This document shows, piece by piece, positions 13,714 to 27,015 of a DNA stretch of 64,000 bases. This stretch comes from Isurus oxyrinchus (lineage: Eukaryota). Position 1 is the stretch's first letter; each line of letters opens with the position of its first letter. The position numbers and the translations under genes are program-made. The notes below the pieces were generated by a model, which did no database searches, had not been told where the DNA came from, and saw only the letters and a list, made by a program, of their open reading frames with translations. The stretch spans positions 20,708,001-20,772,000 of the forward strand of contig JANJGN010000023.1 of assembly GCA_026770705.1 (NCBI GenBank), in the 5' to 3' direction.

Positions 13714-15365
13714 GTAGAAACATAGAAACATAGAAACTAGGAGAAGGAATAGGCTAATCGGCCCTTTGAGCCTGCCCCGCCATTCATTATGATCATGGCT
13801 GATCATCCAACTCAATAGCCTGCTCCCGCTTTCTACCCATACTCTTTGATCCCTTTACTCCCAAGAGCAATATCTAACTCCTTCTTGAAAACATACAATG
13901 CTTTGGCCTCAACTACTTTCTGTGGTAACAAATTCCACAGGCTCACCGCTCTCTGGGTGAAGAAATTTCTCCTCATCTCAGTCCTAAATGGTCTACACCA
14001 AATCCTCAGACTGTGACCCCTGGTTCTGGACTCCCCCCACCATCGGGAACATCCTTCCTGCATCTACCCTGTTTTTGCTACCAAAGTGGATAACCTCACA
14101 TTTATCCACATTATACTGTATCTGCAATGCATTTGCCCACTCACTCAGCTTGTCCAAATCACAATGAAGCATCTCTACATCCTCCTCACAGCTCACCCTC
14201 CCATCCAGCTTTGTGTCATCTGCGAATTTCGAGATATTACATTTAATTCCCTCATCTAATTCATTAATATATATTGTGAATAACTGGGGTCCCAGCACCG
14301 ATTTCTGCATTACCTCACTAGTCACTGCCTGCCATTCGGAAAAAGACCGTTTATTCCTACTCTTTGATTCCTGTCTGCCAACTAGTTTTCTATCCATCTC
14401 AATACAGTACCCCCAATCCCATGTATTTTACACACCAATCTCTTATGTGGGACTTTGTCAAAAGCCTTCTGAAAGTCCAAATAAATCACATCCACTGGCT
14501 CCCCCTCATCAACTCTACTAGTTACATCCTCAAAAAATTCCAGTAGATTTGTCAAGCATGATTTCCCTTTCATAAATCCATGCTGACTCTGTCTGATTCT
14601 GCCGCTGTTTTCCATGTGCTCAGCTATTAAATCTTATATAATGGACTCTAGAATTGTCCCCACTATCGACGTCAGGCTGACTGGTCTATAATTCCCTGTA
14701 TTCTCTCTGCCTCTCTTTTTAAATAGTGGGGCTACAAACTACCCTCCAATCTGTAGGAACTGTTCCATAGTTGATAGAATCTTGGAATATGACCACCAAT
14801 GCATCCACTATTTCTAGGGCCACTTCCTTAAGTACTCTGGGATGTAGATTATCAGGCCCCAGGGATATATCAGCCTTCAATCCCATCAATTTTCCCAACA
14901 CCATTTTCTTACTAATACTGATTTCTTTCAGTTCCTCTCTCTCACTAAACCCTGTGTTCCCCAACATTTCTGGTATGTTATTAGTGTCCTCCTTTGTGAA
15001 GACAGAACCAAAGTATGTATTTAGTTGGTCAGCCATTCCTTTGTTCCCCATTATAAATTCCCCTGTTTCTGACTGTAAGGGACCTACATTTGTCTTCACC
15101 AATCTTTTTCTCTTCACATGCCTATAGAAACTTTTACAGTCAATTTTTATGTTCCTTGCAAGCTTACTCTCATACTCTATTTTCCCCTTCTTAATCAATC
15201 CCTTGGTCCTCCTTTGCTGAATTCTAAACTGCTCCCAATCCTCAGGTCTATTGTTTTTTTCTGGCTAATTTACATGTCTGTTCCTTGCAGCTAATACTAT
15301 CTCTAATTTCCCTTGTAAACCATGGTTTGGCAACCTTTCCTGTTTTACTTTTGCGCCAGACAGGA
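13714..15365 (-). mobile_element. CR1-clade LINE, truncated with internal deletion
   Basis: (TAGAAACA)n tail; RT motifs KSCLTNLLEFFE, YLDFQKAFDKVPH, FADDTK; GPDNLHPRVLKE. Confidence 0.9.
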
Positions 15366-15531
15366 TGTAGCCATCCACCAGTCTTGCAACTAAGGGAGCA
15401 TGTAGTTGTCAAGCACATCCACAACTATAATGGGAAATTCATCACACAAACAGAAAACATGATGAAAAATCATTAAAAACCCATCAGCAGTGGAGCTGTA
15501 TTATTTCACTGTATTAATTCACTGCTTCTGT

Positions 15532-16538
15532 GCCCCAGATTTTCACTCCTAGGTCGGATGCACAGAGCCGGGACATTTCCCAGCTCCGTGTATATGACCA
15601 GAAAGGAGAGGCCTGGAAGTTGCGACTTTAGATCCGGGAAAGTGGGGGAGGCAGCTGGATTAGAAGTCAGTCCCTGGAACAAGTGCAGAGGTTGGCCAGA
15701 TGTGGAGGCATGTTGGCCAGAAGGCCTGCCTCTGTGCACCAACACTGTTGAAAGGTTGAAAAAAGTAAAACACAAAACATCCCTCCAGCTCTCACCCCAC
15801 TCATCCCCCCACATGCTCCCCATGCCCCATCCGTGTTCTTCATGCCCCTGTACAGATCCCCATGCCCCCCATACCCTCCTTGCCAAACAGTGCCCCTGTA
15901 TTAATAGCAAGCAATATTTTTAAATATGCCATACATTGTTTTTTCAAAAAATGCAAAGGGCAGGCCTTTTAAATGCCTTGACATGTTGACAGCTGTCTTT
16001 GACAGTTGTTTTTGACAGGTTCTCTTGATGGTCTTGACAGATCCTGTTGACAGTTCTGACAGGTCCTGACAGTTTAGACGGTTGAATTTGACAAGCATGT
16101 TGACACTTCCAATGAACTTGATTGACAGTAATGAGTTTAAGCACTTTTTACACACATTTATGCCTTCTTTTAACAATTCCAAAGGGCACCTGACCTCCAT
16201 CAAAGGTGTCCTGGGACCAGATCCAAAGGAGTAACTTATCTCGCCTGAGTATCCAAACAGATCTATAAAGTTCAAACCCAGCTCTTACCTGGTTTAATCT
16301 GCACACTCTGGATTTCACACTCCTGGCCTCCCAAAATCCCACTTCAGTGGAGGCAGCTGATGATTTAAATGGCCAGCTGCCTCTACAAACCATGCATGTG
16401 TGAACCCCAGCCTGACTCTATTCCTGCCCCTGTGAAAATAGAGAGTCCCGTGGTCGGAGGCGGGATTTCTGATGTTCAGGCACGTCCACCATTTTCACCA
16501 CGATGGAGAGGCTCTCTGTTGTGGTGAAAATCCAGCCC
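15532..16538. mobile_element. ~1-kb Harbinger-type non-autonomous element (TGACAG/CTGTCA-rich family)
   Basis: Imperfect TIRs gccccagattttcac / gtgaaaatccagccc with 3-bp TSD TGT/TGT; related pieces at 42628-43570 and 46655-47990. Confidence 0.65.
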
Positions 16539-18567
16539 TGTGCCTTCCAGTCTGTCATCCCTTCATCATGTAGAAAATGCAGCACTAGTTGTCCAGACAC
16601 CAAACAGTAATATATGTAGCACACAGTTGACAGGAATGGAAAGCAGCAGAATCACAATTATCAATTTATCCTAGAGGAGAAAAAGGGGGGAATTTCGAAT
16701 TCCGTCTGCCTGGCATGAACCAGGCAGACTAGGAGTTAAAAGACAAGCCATTTGGTTGCTCTTTATTTCCCACAGAGCTCACTGAAAAGACTGAGTAAAA
16801 AAGAACCCTCCTACATCTGTTTCCCTGCCTCCAATTGCTGGTCCGCAGCTGGTTAAGGATGTGTAGTGTGGAATGTGTAGTGGGAGAGAGTGGTAGCAGG
16901 CTTCTAATGGCAAGTGCTCTAATGCCCTGTTGTATAAAAGTTGATGGAAATCAAGATCTTCAGTGGTCATATGTGTCAGATAGTTGGCTGTCTTTGCAGG
17001 CCTTCCTGAACCAAGTGGTCTCCCTTAGTAACATTAACATTAGTGAGACTGAGCCCCCTCTAGAACTGTCCCGCACTATGTTTTGATTAACTCTACGATG
17101 GTTGAGCTGTTGCCTGGGATAGTAGCTATGATTGTGAGCTTATCAGTCCCTATTCATGACAACAGTAAACGATCAGTACCAGAAATATCTGGAACTATTC
17201 CCAACTCACCAAATACTCAGTTATTCCAGGTTTGAACTACTGTAACTGTTAACTGTTTGATGTGCCTCCTGCAGAATGCAGGAGTTTAAGACGATCTTAA
17301 ATCCATAATCAAATTTTTGCCAGCAATTCTAACTCCCCTTTCTCAGGGATTTGGATGCTTGGAGCATGGAAGTTTAATCTGTTGCTGCTTTGATATATTT
17401 ACCAATTTTTTATATAGGTCTTAGTTCATAAGGTTTCACGAACAGGAGAATGTTAGGTCTTAGGTCTGTGTCCTGAAATTATGTGATATCGGACGCTTGT
17501 GTGAAATTCCTTTGCTACTTCATTGGAGATATTAACCCACCTAAAACCTCTGCAAAATCACACAAGAAGAATTTCAGACAAACACAAAGCCCACCACATG
17601 CATGGAGAGCTCCAGTTTCTTTAAGTTTTATGGATAACTCCTAACTGTAGGGGGCAGCATTATGTTTTGTTGAAATAGTATTCTCATTTTCATCTCAATC
17701 CATTATAAATTGATATTTGTTTTCTAAAAAAATCTGGATTTTACAATGCTGCTTAGACTTTTCTTGTTCTCTTTATTCAACCAACATATTTCAATTAAAT
17801 TTATTCAAATTACATCTTGAAATAAGGACTTTTTATTTGTTACACTAGACTGCTATGATGATCATTAAGACATCTAGTTAATGAACAACAAATCCAAAAT
17901 TTAATTTGAAATGATGATGATTGTGGTGATACTACTTGATAGTTTTCTGGATGTCTGAACTTTGCATTAATAAAATGATTTGCAATCTTCACTTACATTA
18001 TTTGTTTCTTGCTCTCCTTTTTAGTTAAGTTGCTTCATGGTTCCATTTCTCAATCTCATTTTCATTTTACTTTATCCTTCTATGTGTTCGCCTCTGTTTT
18101 TTCTCCCTGTTGTTCACTCATTCTGTTTATCTCTTCCCTGAGGGACCATTGCAAGGCAGCAGCCTGCTCCAATTGGTCAGCCAGCTGCCGTGTACAGCTC
18201 CTATCTCCAGAATCACCGTGATGCTGGATACAGTTCCCAGGGAGTCTCCAAGACCACAGCAGCATTCCTGTAACAATGCTGCACATTCTCCTGAGCCTTC
18301 TACCTTCACAGAACACCACAAGAGCAGCTGAAACGAGGACAGCCCCCAGTTTCCTACATTATCTGGAAGCGTTAAGCCACCTAGCAACAGGGAAACATCT
18401 TTCGAAGTGAAAATCCTAGGCTACCTAGCAACTAAACAATGTTATTTAGTGCTTCTCTAACTTCCAGATTCGAAAGGGGACCTGTCTCATAACACAAAGA
18501 CTAGGGTTGCCTCAAGAATAAAACAACACCAGACAAGGATTGATGGTATCAGTGTGCTGCTGAAAGA

Positions 18568-19233
18568 ATGTCTGCACTCCGTAGAAAATTCGGTGAAGAC
18601 TATCAAGTTGTGAATACTTCCCGGGTTTCCACCTACAATGCTCCCATAAAAAAGAAAAGGCAAAGGTTTGTAGACAAGAACGGCCGTTGCAACGTACAGC
18701 ATGGGAACTTAGGCGGAGAGACAAGTAGGTACATTTCTGACTTGTTCACTACTTTAGTGGATCTGAAGTGGAGATGGAACCTTCTAATCTTCATTCTGAC
18801 TTACACAATCGCCTGGCTAGTGATGGCTTCAATGTGGTGGATCATAGCCTACATCCGAGGAGATATAAACCAGACCCATGGTGAGAACTATACCCCGTGT
18901 GTGGCCAATGTTTACAATTTTCCATCCGCTTTTCTTTTCTTCATAGAAACAGAGGCCACTATCGGTTATGGCTTCAGATACATAACCGAGAAATGCCCCG
19001 AGGGCATCATCCTCTTTTTGTTCCAGTCCTTGCTTGGTTCCATCGTGGATGCCTTTTTGATCGGGTGTATGTTCATCAAAATGTCCCAGCCAAAGAAAAG
19101 AGCAGAGACTTTGATGTTCAGCCACAGCGCAGTAATCTCCCAGCGTGATGGCAAAATGTGCCTGATGTTTCGAGTAGGGAACCTTAGAAATAGCCATATG
19201 GTCTCTGCACAGATGAGATGCAAAGTGATAAAG
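18568..19233 (+). CDS. KCNJ3: G protein-activated inward rectifier K+ channel GIRK1/Kir3.1-like, coding exon 1 (222 codons; N-terminus, M1, pore, M2)
   Basis: [73 protein letters not shown]; phase-0 donor AAG|GTAAGC at 19233/19234, the same position as KCNJ3 intron 1. Ortholog versus paralog unresolved. Confidence 0.93.
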
Positions 19234-20194
19234 GTAAGCACAAACTAACTAATTTGCCAATAGAAGCCACTGTGATGTGTTCAAATAAAGCCAGACACTC
19301 TTAACCGGATTTTGCTGTCTGGATATTATGTTAGGCTAAACTGATATAGTTCTTCAACAAATGTTTTATTGCAAGGTTTTGTTGCAATCGGTAACAGAAA
19401 TGGTTGCAAATTTAATTTTAAAGCATTTAACATGTAATGGCTGAAACATTTAAGTGGAAGAAATGTTGTTCTCAGGAGCATTCAGCAGTGGAGGAGTTAA
19501 CAAAGAAAGTCAGTATGGGGACTATAAGTGCATTCAGTACTCATGCCTCCTTCAAAATTAGCTTCACAAGCAGACTTCGTCAGAACATGTTCAAATAATA
19601 TGAATATTCCCTGCTCCCCAGATGTCTCGGAAGATATTGAAATGGTTGGGGAGAGTGGGCTCGAATTTCTGTTGCTGATATTAACAGCTAATGCTTAACA
19701 TGACAATAAGGCATTTGCTGTTCCTCTATCTTGCTAGAGGTGCTATTCAGTGTGTTAAAATATGGAATTTCAGTAAGTTGCTTGTGTCTGTATGGTTGAT
19801 TCCTAATTTGAATTATTAGTCAAATAATAACAATGGCCCCAAAATTCAACAGATGTGAATCCTGGCAGCTGGAAGTTACAGAATGAGTGGAAGACACCAC
19901 AGTGCCATAGACTAGTTGGATACAGTGTCTTTTGGGATTCATCTTTGAACACCCATTTGACCATGGCCAGAATTTTATACTCCTCCACCAGCGGGTTTTT
20001 AGGTGGGGTGTGGGGCTGGAGCGTGAAATTGAAGGGATGAGATTTCCTCTGGGTTCCTGCCCGCCCTGACTGCACAGCGATTTTAACCTGGGGGAGGCAA
20101 GGTCTCAGACGGAAAGTCTGCTCTTACCTCAGTTGAGGCCCTAGGGCTGTTTCCTGCCCAGCCTCAATTTTTAGGCTGAGAGCCAATTTGTGCA

Positions 20195-20398
20195 CAGCAT
20201 TTTTGGTGCTGTTAATTGAGAAATAAATGTTAGCCAGGACAAGCTGCCTGTTTTTCTAATAGTGCCATGGGATCTTAAACATCCACCTGAAAGGATGGAC
20301 AAAATCTCAGTTACTGTCTCATTCGAAAGATTGCACATTCAACAGGCCATCCCTCCTTCTGTACTGCTCCAAAGTGCTGATTGAGATAATGGTGCCAA
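20195..20398 (-). mobile_element. Deu-domain SINE (SacSINE1/AmnSINE-like); continues after 21917
   Basis: 'gtgccatgggatcttaaacatccacctga...tctcattcgaaaga' resembles the Deu core as recalled; related fragments at ~12770-12840 and ~48023-48130. Confidence 0.55.
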
Positions 20399-21916
20399 AG
20401 GAGGGATTTTATGGAGCCCACAAGGAGGAGAAATGTTGCAAAGTGACTGAATCAGGCAGGATGCAAATTAAATTTTGACTTAAGATTAATCAGCGGCGTG
20501 TTTGCAGTGCTTTGGGCCTCACACCATCCTGTGGTGGATTCGTAATTGCAATACATTTTCATGCAGTGAATACTCAGTAGCATAAAACTTTTTCAGTAAA
20601 GTCCTACCTCTAAAGTAAAGTCAGTGGCGCATGAGAATCTTGTTGTACCCAGTTCACGTTTGTTTAATGGTGGCGTGCACCTTTGTGCTGTTGTGTCTGA
20701 GGTCAGTGGTTTTCCTTGTTGAACTCTACAGCAGAAGAGAGAGGGGCAGGAGAATGGCAGCTTGCATGGAGGTTCAGGACTGGCAAGGGTGAGTCAACGG
20801 TGTATGGGGGGGGTGGGGTGGGGTGGAGTTGTTTCAGACACATGGAAGAATGAAAGAGGGCTCAAAGGGAGGATGGAGGTTGGGGAGGGGGGGCATGGAG
20901 GAATGAAGTGCGAAGGGCCTGGCATCTTGGGTGTGGTGGGGGTTGCTGAGAACGTCAGTCAAGGTAAGAAAATGAGGGGCCGAAGGACAGTGTTAGTGCT
21001 GCCCAAGTGTGCGTCCAATTGCGGACTGGCAGGACTCTTCCAGGGTTTTGAGTTCACCTACAACATTCCTGTTATCCCTACTGAGGGTGATCTTGGACAA
21101 TGTGACTCTTCCCCAGAAAGCAGTGTAGGCTGGGCCATTGAATTTGTTAGATATGAGTTAGATAGATTTTTGATGGACAAAGTTTATGAGGGGAGGACAG
21201 GAAAGTGGAGTTGAGACCACAACCAGATCAGCCATGATCTTATCAAACAACAGTCTTGAAGGGCTGAATTGCCTACAACTGCTCCTGAGTCCTATGTTCC
21301 TCTGTTCCTCTTGTCCTTTACAATGCAAAGAAGGGAGGGCCAGCTGAACCTGCAAGTACAGCCACGTGCCACAGGGTGGTGAGTACCACACTGGACACTA
21401 ACACGAACATTCAATAAAGAGTGAACAGAAAAACACAACATTGTTTCTTCCATAACAAAGGAAACGTCCCTGACACTCCTGTAACTATCAATGCATGCCA
21501 ATCATGAGGCATGCCAGTACATTTAGATCTCTATCTAAGCTAGACTTAACGTATAACGATGAATAAAGTGAAATCAATGCAATGTGAATTATTTACAGGT
21601 GAAATTTAAATTTGCACTCTCGATAAATCTTATGTTTATGGCTATGAGGTTGGGCAAGGAAGTTACTGCCATGTCATGTTTAACCAGGAGGCTCTTTTAT
21701 GGCCCACCCATAGCTGCTGCATTGTCGGCTGATGGCGGGTTTCACCACTGAAAAGCGACTGCCGCTGTGTGATCCTACACATCTCCTGTGCAACGCCGCC
21801 ACCATTTTAAATTTTAATTAGAATCACGAGGGAGCCAGAAAAAAGAAAGAGAACGGAAGTGGTGCACACTTCCAATTCCACCAATAGAAACGCACGCCAC
21901 TGACAAAATTCTGCCC
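20399..21916. mobile_element. Old non-autonomous Harbinger-type element interrupting the SINE, with a CR1 3' fragment at ~21150-21306
   Basis: Termini aggagggatttt / aaaattctgccc; flanks caa/taa. Confidence 0.45.
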
Positions 21917-23109
21917 TAAGTCTTTGGAATGGAACTTGAACCCATGCATAACCTTTGAACTACCACTGCCATTGCTACCACTGAGGCAAAAGTTGACACC
22001 TGGCACCAGGATGCCTGCAATCACTTGGCATGCCGTCCACCACTATAGTGCTGCATCTACTAATGAGGATCAGGAGCAGGAACACCTGACCGAGAGAGTA
22101 ACCTCACCCCACTCCCACCCCCACCCCCCCCCCCCCCCACCATGCCCCCACCCCCTACCCCCCCCCCCCCCCCACACCGGTCCCTCATTTGCCTTGGATG
22201 GGGCAGGTGGAAAAGCAGCAACAAAACTCGCAGAAACAGCTGAGTGCCAGCAAATCCAGCTGCCTTTCACCTGGGAAGCTCTGCCGAAACTCCAGTGGGG
22301 AATTGTTGGAATCCCCAGGGAACTTTTGGGTCAGGAAATTCTAGAGTACGCTTGGCTGATTTGTCTCCCTTGGAATCATGCAAGCTTTTGTGCAATTTTC
22401 ATTTTGCATGAGTCGCTGTTTTAGGGTGCAAAGTTATTTACCAGAATCGTAGAACAAAAAAAAATGTTGCACCTTCAAAATCAATGGTAAGTTTGGAAGC
22501 ATGCTTGTAATGTCAAAAGGTTAATTAGAGTTTCAAGTGATTGCCATTGTAAAAAGATTAAAAGTTAAAACGCTTGAGTACGACTCGAGAGTCAAGTCAA
22601 AGTCCTGAAATATAGAGCAGGATTTTCCACTTGACGTGCAGGGAGTGGGCCCCACATGTCCACGTGTAAAATGAGGCGCGGTGATGTCGGGCGAGCGTCC
22701 TGATGTCACCGTGCACCATCGTGATATTTCACCGGGCAGGGGCGCGATGATGTCTGACGCGTGCCCCCTATTAATTAACAGGCCACTTAAGGCCTTTTAG
22801 TCTTCAAACGAAGTCGATTTTTCGGCGCCCGTCTGATCTTTGTGTCGGCGCACGGGCGCAACGGGCAGGCGGGTAGGATACTTTTCTATTAACCTCATCC
22901 ACGGGCGGGATGAGAGGGCTCAGTGGGGTCATGAATCTGCTCTGTGAAGTATTTATTGGAGATAGTCTTTTAAACTTGCCTGTATGACCTGCAATAGTTC
23001 AGAACACACCCCAGCAGCTTTTTTGGGACTCTTGACCTTCAGGTCAGCACTCTGCAGTGAAGAATCTTTTCTGGGCCTATAGCTTTCAGGAAGCCTTCCC
23101 TTCGCCTGG

Positions 23110-24341
23110 GTATGGGTCTGATCTGTCCACTGGAAGCAGCTCCTCTGAGGAGGAAGGGAGGGCTAGAAGGAGGAGGAGGCCAGGAGTGCACATTCAGCCT
23201 CCAGGGGAGGCACCTTTGGGAGGACAGGCGCAGGCATAAGGGGTGCAGGGCCAAGAGGTAGTCCAAGGCAGAAGGGGCCACAGAAGATGCCACTATCCTG
23301 CTGCCAGGGTATACAGGTGGCAAAACAGCTACCACAATATGACTGAGGTACAGGGCTGAAGGAGGTTCTGACTGTCAAAGAGACAGTGAACTATATCTGT
23401 CAGATGATTGGGCTGAGATCTCCCCTAACTGTGTGGGTGGACATCCCATGCCAGTGGCTCTGAAGGTCACAGCCGCCCTCAACTTCTATGCCTCTGGCTC
23501 CTTCCAGGGCTCGGTGGGTGATCTTTGCAGTGTCCCCCAATCAGCTGTCTGCACTTGTGTAAAGCAGGTTACAGACATTCTGTTCAGACGGATATTGACG
23601 TTCATCCATGCCATTGGCACCAGGCAAGTCAGACACAGTGAGCCAGAGGCTTCGCGGCCATTGCTGGCTTCCCCCGTGTCCGGGGTGCTTTAGACTGTAC
23701 ATATGTGACCATCAAGGCGCCAGCAGGTGAGCCCGGTGCCTTTGTCAACAGGAAGGGCTTCCACTCCATATACATGCAGATAGTGTGTGACCACAGGATG
23801 CTGATTCTACAAGTCTGTGCAAGGTACCCAGGCAGCTCCCACGATATCTACATCCTCAGACACTCCCAGGTGCCGGGGCTCTTCAGTGCTCCGGCTCGGC
23901 TGGATGTTTGGTGCTGGGTGACAAGGGCTATCCCCCAGAAGGTGTCTCATGACGCCTCTCCATCATCCAAGAACAGAAGCTGAGCAGCGGTACAATAAGA
24001 GCCACGGTTCCACAAGGGCTGTGGTGGAGAGAGCCATCGGTCTTCTCAAGATGCTATTCCGATGCCTGGACCGCTCAGGGGACGCACTCCAGTACCCCCC
24101 AGATTGCGTCTCGGTGCTAGTGGTTGCATGTTGCACTCTCCACAATCTTGTGCTGGAAAGGGGGGATGCAGTGGACAATGAAGACATTGACGCAGTGTCT
24201 ATGGCTGCACATGATGAGTCCAGCAGTGATTCCGAGGATGAGCACGCACAGGGAAATGCTGAGGGGGTAGACGCTGACCCGAGACTGCACCAAGGAGGCA
24301 GAGACACCTGGGAGGCTTTAATTCAACGAACCTTCAGTTAG
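23110..24341 (+). pseudogene. Harbinger DDE transposase (HARBI1-like), frameshifted
   Basis: [62 protein letters not shown], spread over several frames. Confidence 0.92.
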
Positions 24342-24660
24342 CACAACACAGATGGAACTTCTGGATAAGCCTGGGCTACCGTCTTGATAGATGATACCTA
24401 AGTGCAAAATCTGCCAGGTCATCAGCACTAACTAAGAGCCTTGTACATAAAGCTGACTGTCCAAAGAAACATTCATGACACTTAAACATATGCATGCAGA
24501 AGAAACGAGCCACCCTCAGCCATGGTCAGACACTTGGCATTTAATGTGTGAATCAGACGTTCTCACAATTATTAAACAATAGTGTCAACAATCCAAAAGA
24601 AATCAAAAGGACCTAATCTTGGGTCAACACAAAAGCACCAGTGAAAAACCTGTGGTGTGC

Positions 24661-27015
24661 CTAATGTGCCTTAAGCATTCATTTCGTGTTGATTCTGCTG
24701 TCCTGTTGGCCTCGATGACCTTGGCGGTCGTCCTCTGGCCTGTGGAGCCTGTGCTGGGCCCGCCTGGGAGGGAGCTGCCAGTTCCATGGCTGGCATCTCC
24801 CCAGTCATCGCAGCCTCACCGGATGATACAGTCACTGGGAGAGGGATGGAGGAGCTGGTGCCCTCATCCCGAGTGCCCTGAGACGAGCCCACAGAGACGA
24901 CAGGCAGCTGCTGCGCCGACGTGAGGTTGCCTTAGACCTCTCTGCTCAACCTGAATGGATGGGCACCGAGCTGGGAAGCTGGATATCCACACCATCTCCC
25001 ACACTGGCAGTGACCAGCTGAGGTCAATGCCGATGTGAGGGCTTGCTGGTCTGAGTGCATCCCCAGGAAGCCCTGGCCGGTCTTCTGGAGTGGCCTCTCC
25101 ACGAGAGTTGCCACTCTCTCCATGGAGGACGCATGGTGCTCTGACCTGTAGCTCATTGCTTCGGCAATCATCCGCATAGACTCCTCCACCACAGAGACCA
25201 AGACAAGTATAGCCTCATGTATCTCCTCCAGATGCTCCCACACACCCGGCTGCATTTCCTGCAGCTACCACGTCGTGGACGACTCCAGAGGCACATCATC
25301 AGGCACCGACTGAGCATGTGCCTGGTCCCCTGCAGGCCTCCGACTGCTGGCGCCATGGGCACTCTCTGTCTCTGCCAGTTCCTCCAGTGACTGTGATGTG
25401 CCCTCACCATTGTGCCCCAGGGCACTAGCCACTGTTTGAATTCTCACTGAGGTGCTAGTATTTGCACTGGTGCCTGCCTCACAGAAATGGTGTGATGCTG
25501 GTGAGACCTCAGGCCCCTCAGGTGTGAGAGGGGGTCTCTGCTGCTCCTCCTCCCGGCTGTGCTCTGATGATGCTGAAGGGAGGAACAAGGACAGTGGATC
25601 AGTTAACGTGCAGCCAGTGACAAACTTCAGCCCTATGCCCCTGGCTCATTACGCGCTCAACCTTCCAGAACCAATAGCCCAGCAATGTTGCAACAATAAC
25701 TAATTTAACAATCTTCAGTGCTATGGCTGTTGGGAGGACAATGCAGACCTCACTGTTGGCCTTAAATACCTGGCCGTGCCCCCCCAGCCTCACCAATGCC
25801 CCTGGGTGTATGATGCCTCTCCAGCTCAAGGGCCCCCTGCTCGAACCAGCTTAATATGGAGAGCTGTGCCTGGCCACCCCTAGTCCTCGCACACTTGGAC
25901 ACATTATGAGCATTCTTCTCTTGAAAAAGAGAGAAGACCATTCATTAGGGCAAATTGCACATGGACTCTGCTTGTGCAGGCCAATCAGAGTGGGGCTAAG
26001 CAAGCCTCCAGTGCCTCCTCTCCCCACTTCAGACAAAGATGCTCAGCCTGCTCCCTACCCCCGCCTCCGCCCCCTTGGACATATGCTGCCTACATCACAT
26101 TAGGAACCACACGGTATTTCCTCCCATAGCAAGGAGGCGCAACCAAGTGCGGTGTAGAGGGCAGCAGATGGTTCTTTGCCATGACACCTTGAGGCTCCCC
26201 TTCCACCTTCTCATCGCCCTGAATAGGACATGTGCTGGAGTTGTCATTACGCGCCCAGCTGCAGCTCCTCCAGGTTGCCCCCAATCTAGTCATGTGCAAC
26301 TAAGAACAACACATGCTGCGGGGGGAGAACTCATCTCCTCATGACCCACTCAGGCTGACCTCAGAATGGGCACTATCTCCTTGGCCACCCAGCAAAGGAA
26401 AAATGTCCGAAATGATTCAATGCAGTTACGACAGTAAGTCTTGGGGTGGGGCTCCTCAGGGGTTAAGGCTACCTGCTGGGTTAAATGCCCAATGCCAACA
26501 TAGTACTTACCCTGCCAGAGTGCAACAAATCGTTGAAGCGCTTGTGGCACTGGATCCAGGTGTGCTGCACCACGTTGTGGGAGCTCACCACCTCCGCCAC
26601 CTCCTCCCAGGCACGTTTGGCCATGTGAGGGGGGCTTCCTCCTCTCATCCTGGGGGACCAACACCTCCCACCGTGTTGCCACCTCCTCGAGGAGGGCAGC
26701 AAGGCAGTCATCAGGAAAACGAGGGGCGCATTGGCCCCCTGCTGGCCTACCCTGCAGCCTGTCCTGCTCCTCTGGCCTACCCTGCAGCCTGCCCTGCTCC
26801 TCTGGCCTACCCTGCAGCCTGCCCTGCTCCTCTGGCCTACCCTGCAGCCTGTCCTGCTCCTCTGGCCTACCCTGCAGCCTGTCCTGCTCCTCTGGCCTAC
26901 CCTGCAGCCTGCCCTGCTCCTCTGGCCTACCCTGCAGCCTGCCCTGCTCCTCTGCCCTTCCCCCAAGCCTGGCCTGCTCACCTGAACCCCTCCGGTGTGG
27001 CCTGGGACTGGCCAT
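24661..27015 (-). pseudogene. Harbinger Myb/SANT-like DNA-binding protein; exons ~27015-26511, 25920-25770, 25572-24661
   Basis: PRFPDDCLAALLEEV..AWEEVAEVVS..QCHKRFNDL; exon 2 EKNAHN..RTRGG; GT donors at 26510 and 25769; exon-2 acceptor mutated to AA; frameshifts. Confidence 0.85.
26742..26951. repeat. 30-bp minisatellite x7 (CTGGCCTACCCTGCAGCCTGYCCTGCTCCT) plus a degenerate eighth unit
   Basis: Seven units differing only at one C/T position; encodes (QGRPEEQ[G/D]RL)n in the Myb frame. Confidence 0.97.

Noticed and set aside
19234-19248. ORF read-through VSTN* as the real C-terminus, and ORF 45252-45614 as a separate gene
   Set aside because: Both are intronic extensions of exons with canonical splice sites that join in frame; intron retention is not excluded but has no support here.
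22112-22172. C/G-rich tracts (also ~20807, ~30887, ~46054) as poly-Pro/Gly ORFs or functional G-quadruplexes
   Set aside because: Low-complexity expansions, mostly inside MITE spacers, and error-prone in assembly; no independent support.
23110-24341. Domesticated HARBI1 or MSANTD/NAIF1 host genes
   Set aside because: Flanked by TIRs and TSDs, multi-copy, and containing frameshifts and stops.
26625-26640. Programmed frameshift in Myb exon 1 (both H1 and H2 shift at the same C-run)
   Set aside because: The shifts differ (one extra base in H1, two in H2), consistent with independent homopolymer slippage.
26742-26951. 30-bp repeats as a CRISPR-like array or as a novel repeat protein on the + strand (LAYPAACPAP, WPTLQPALLL)
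   Set aside because: Units are directly adjacent with no spacers. Open frames arise because the unit length is a multiple of 3; only the - strand frame joins the Myb domain.
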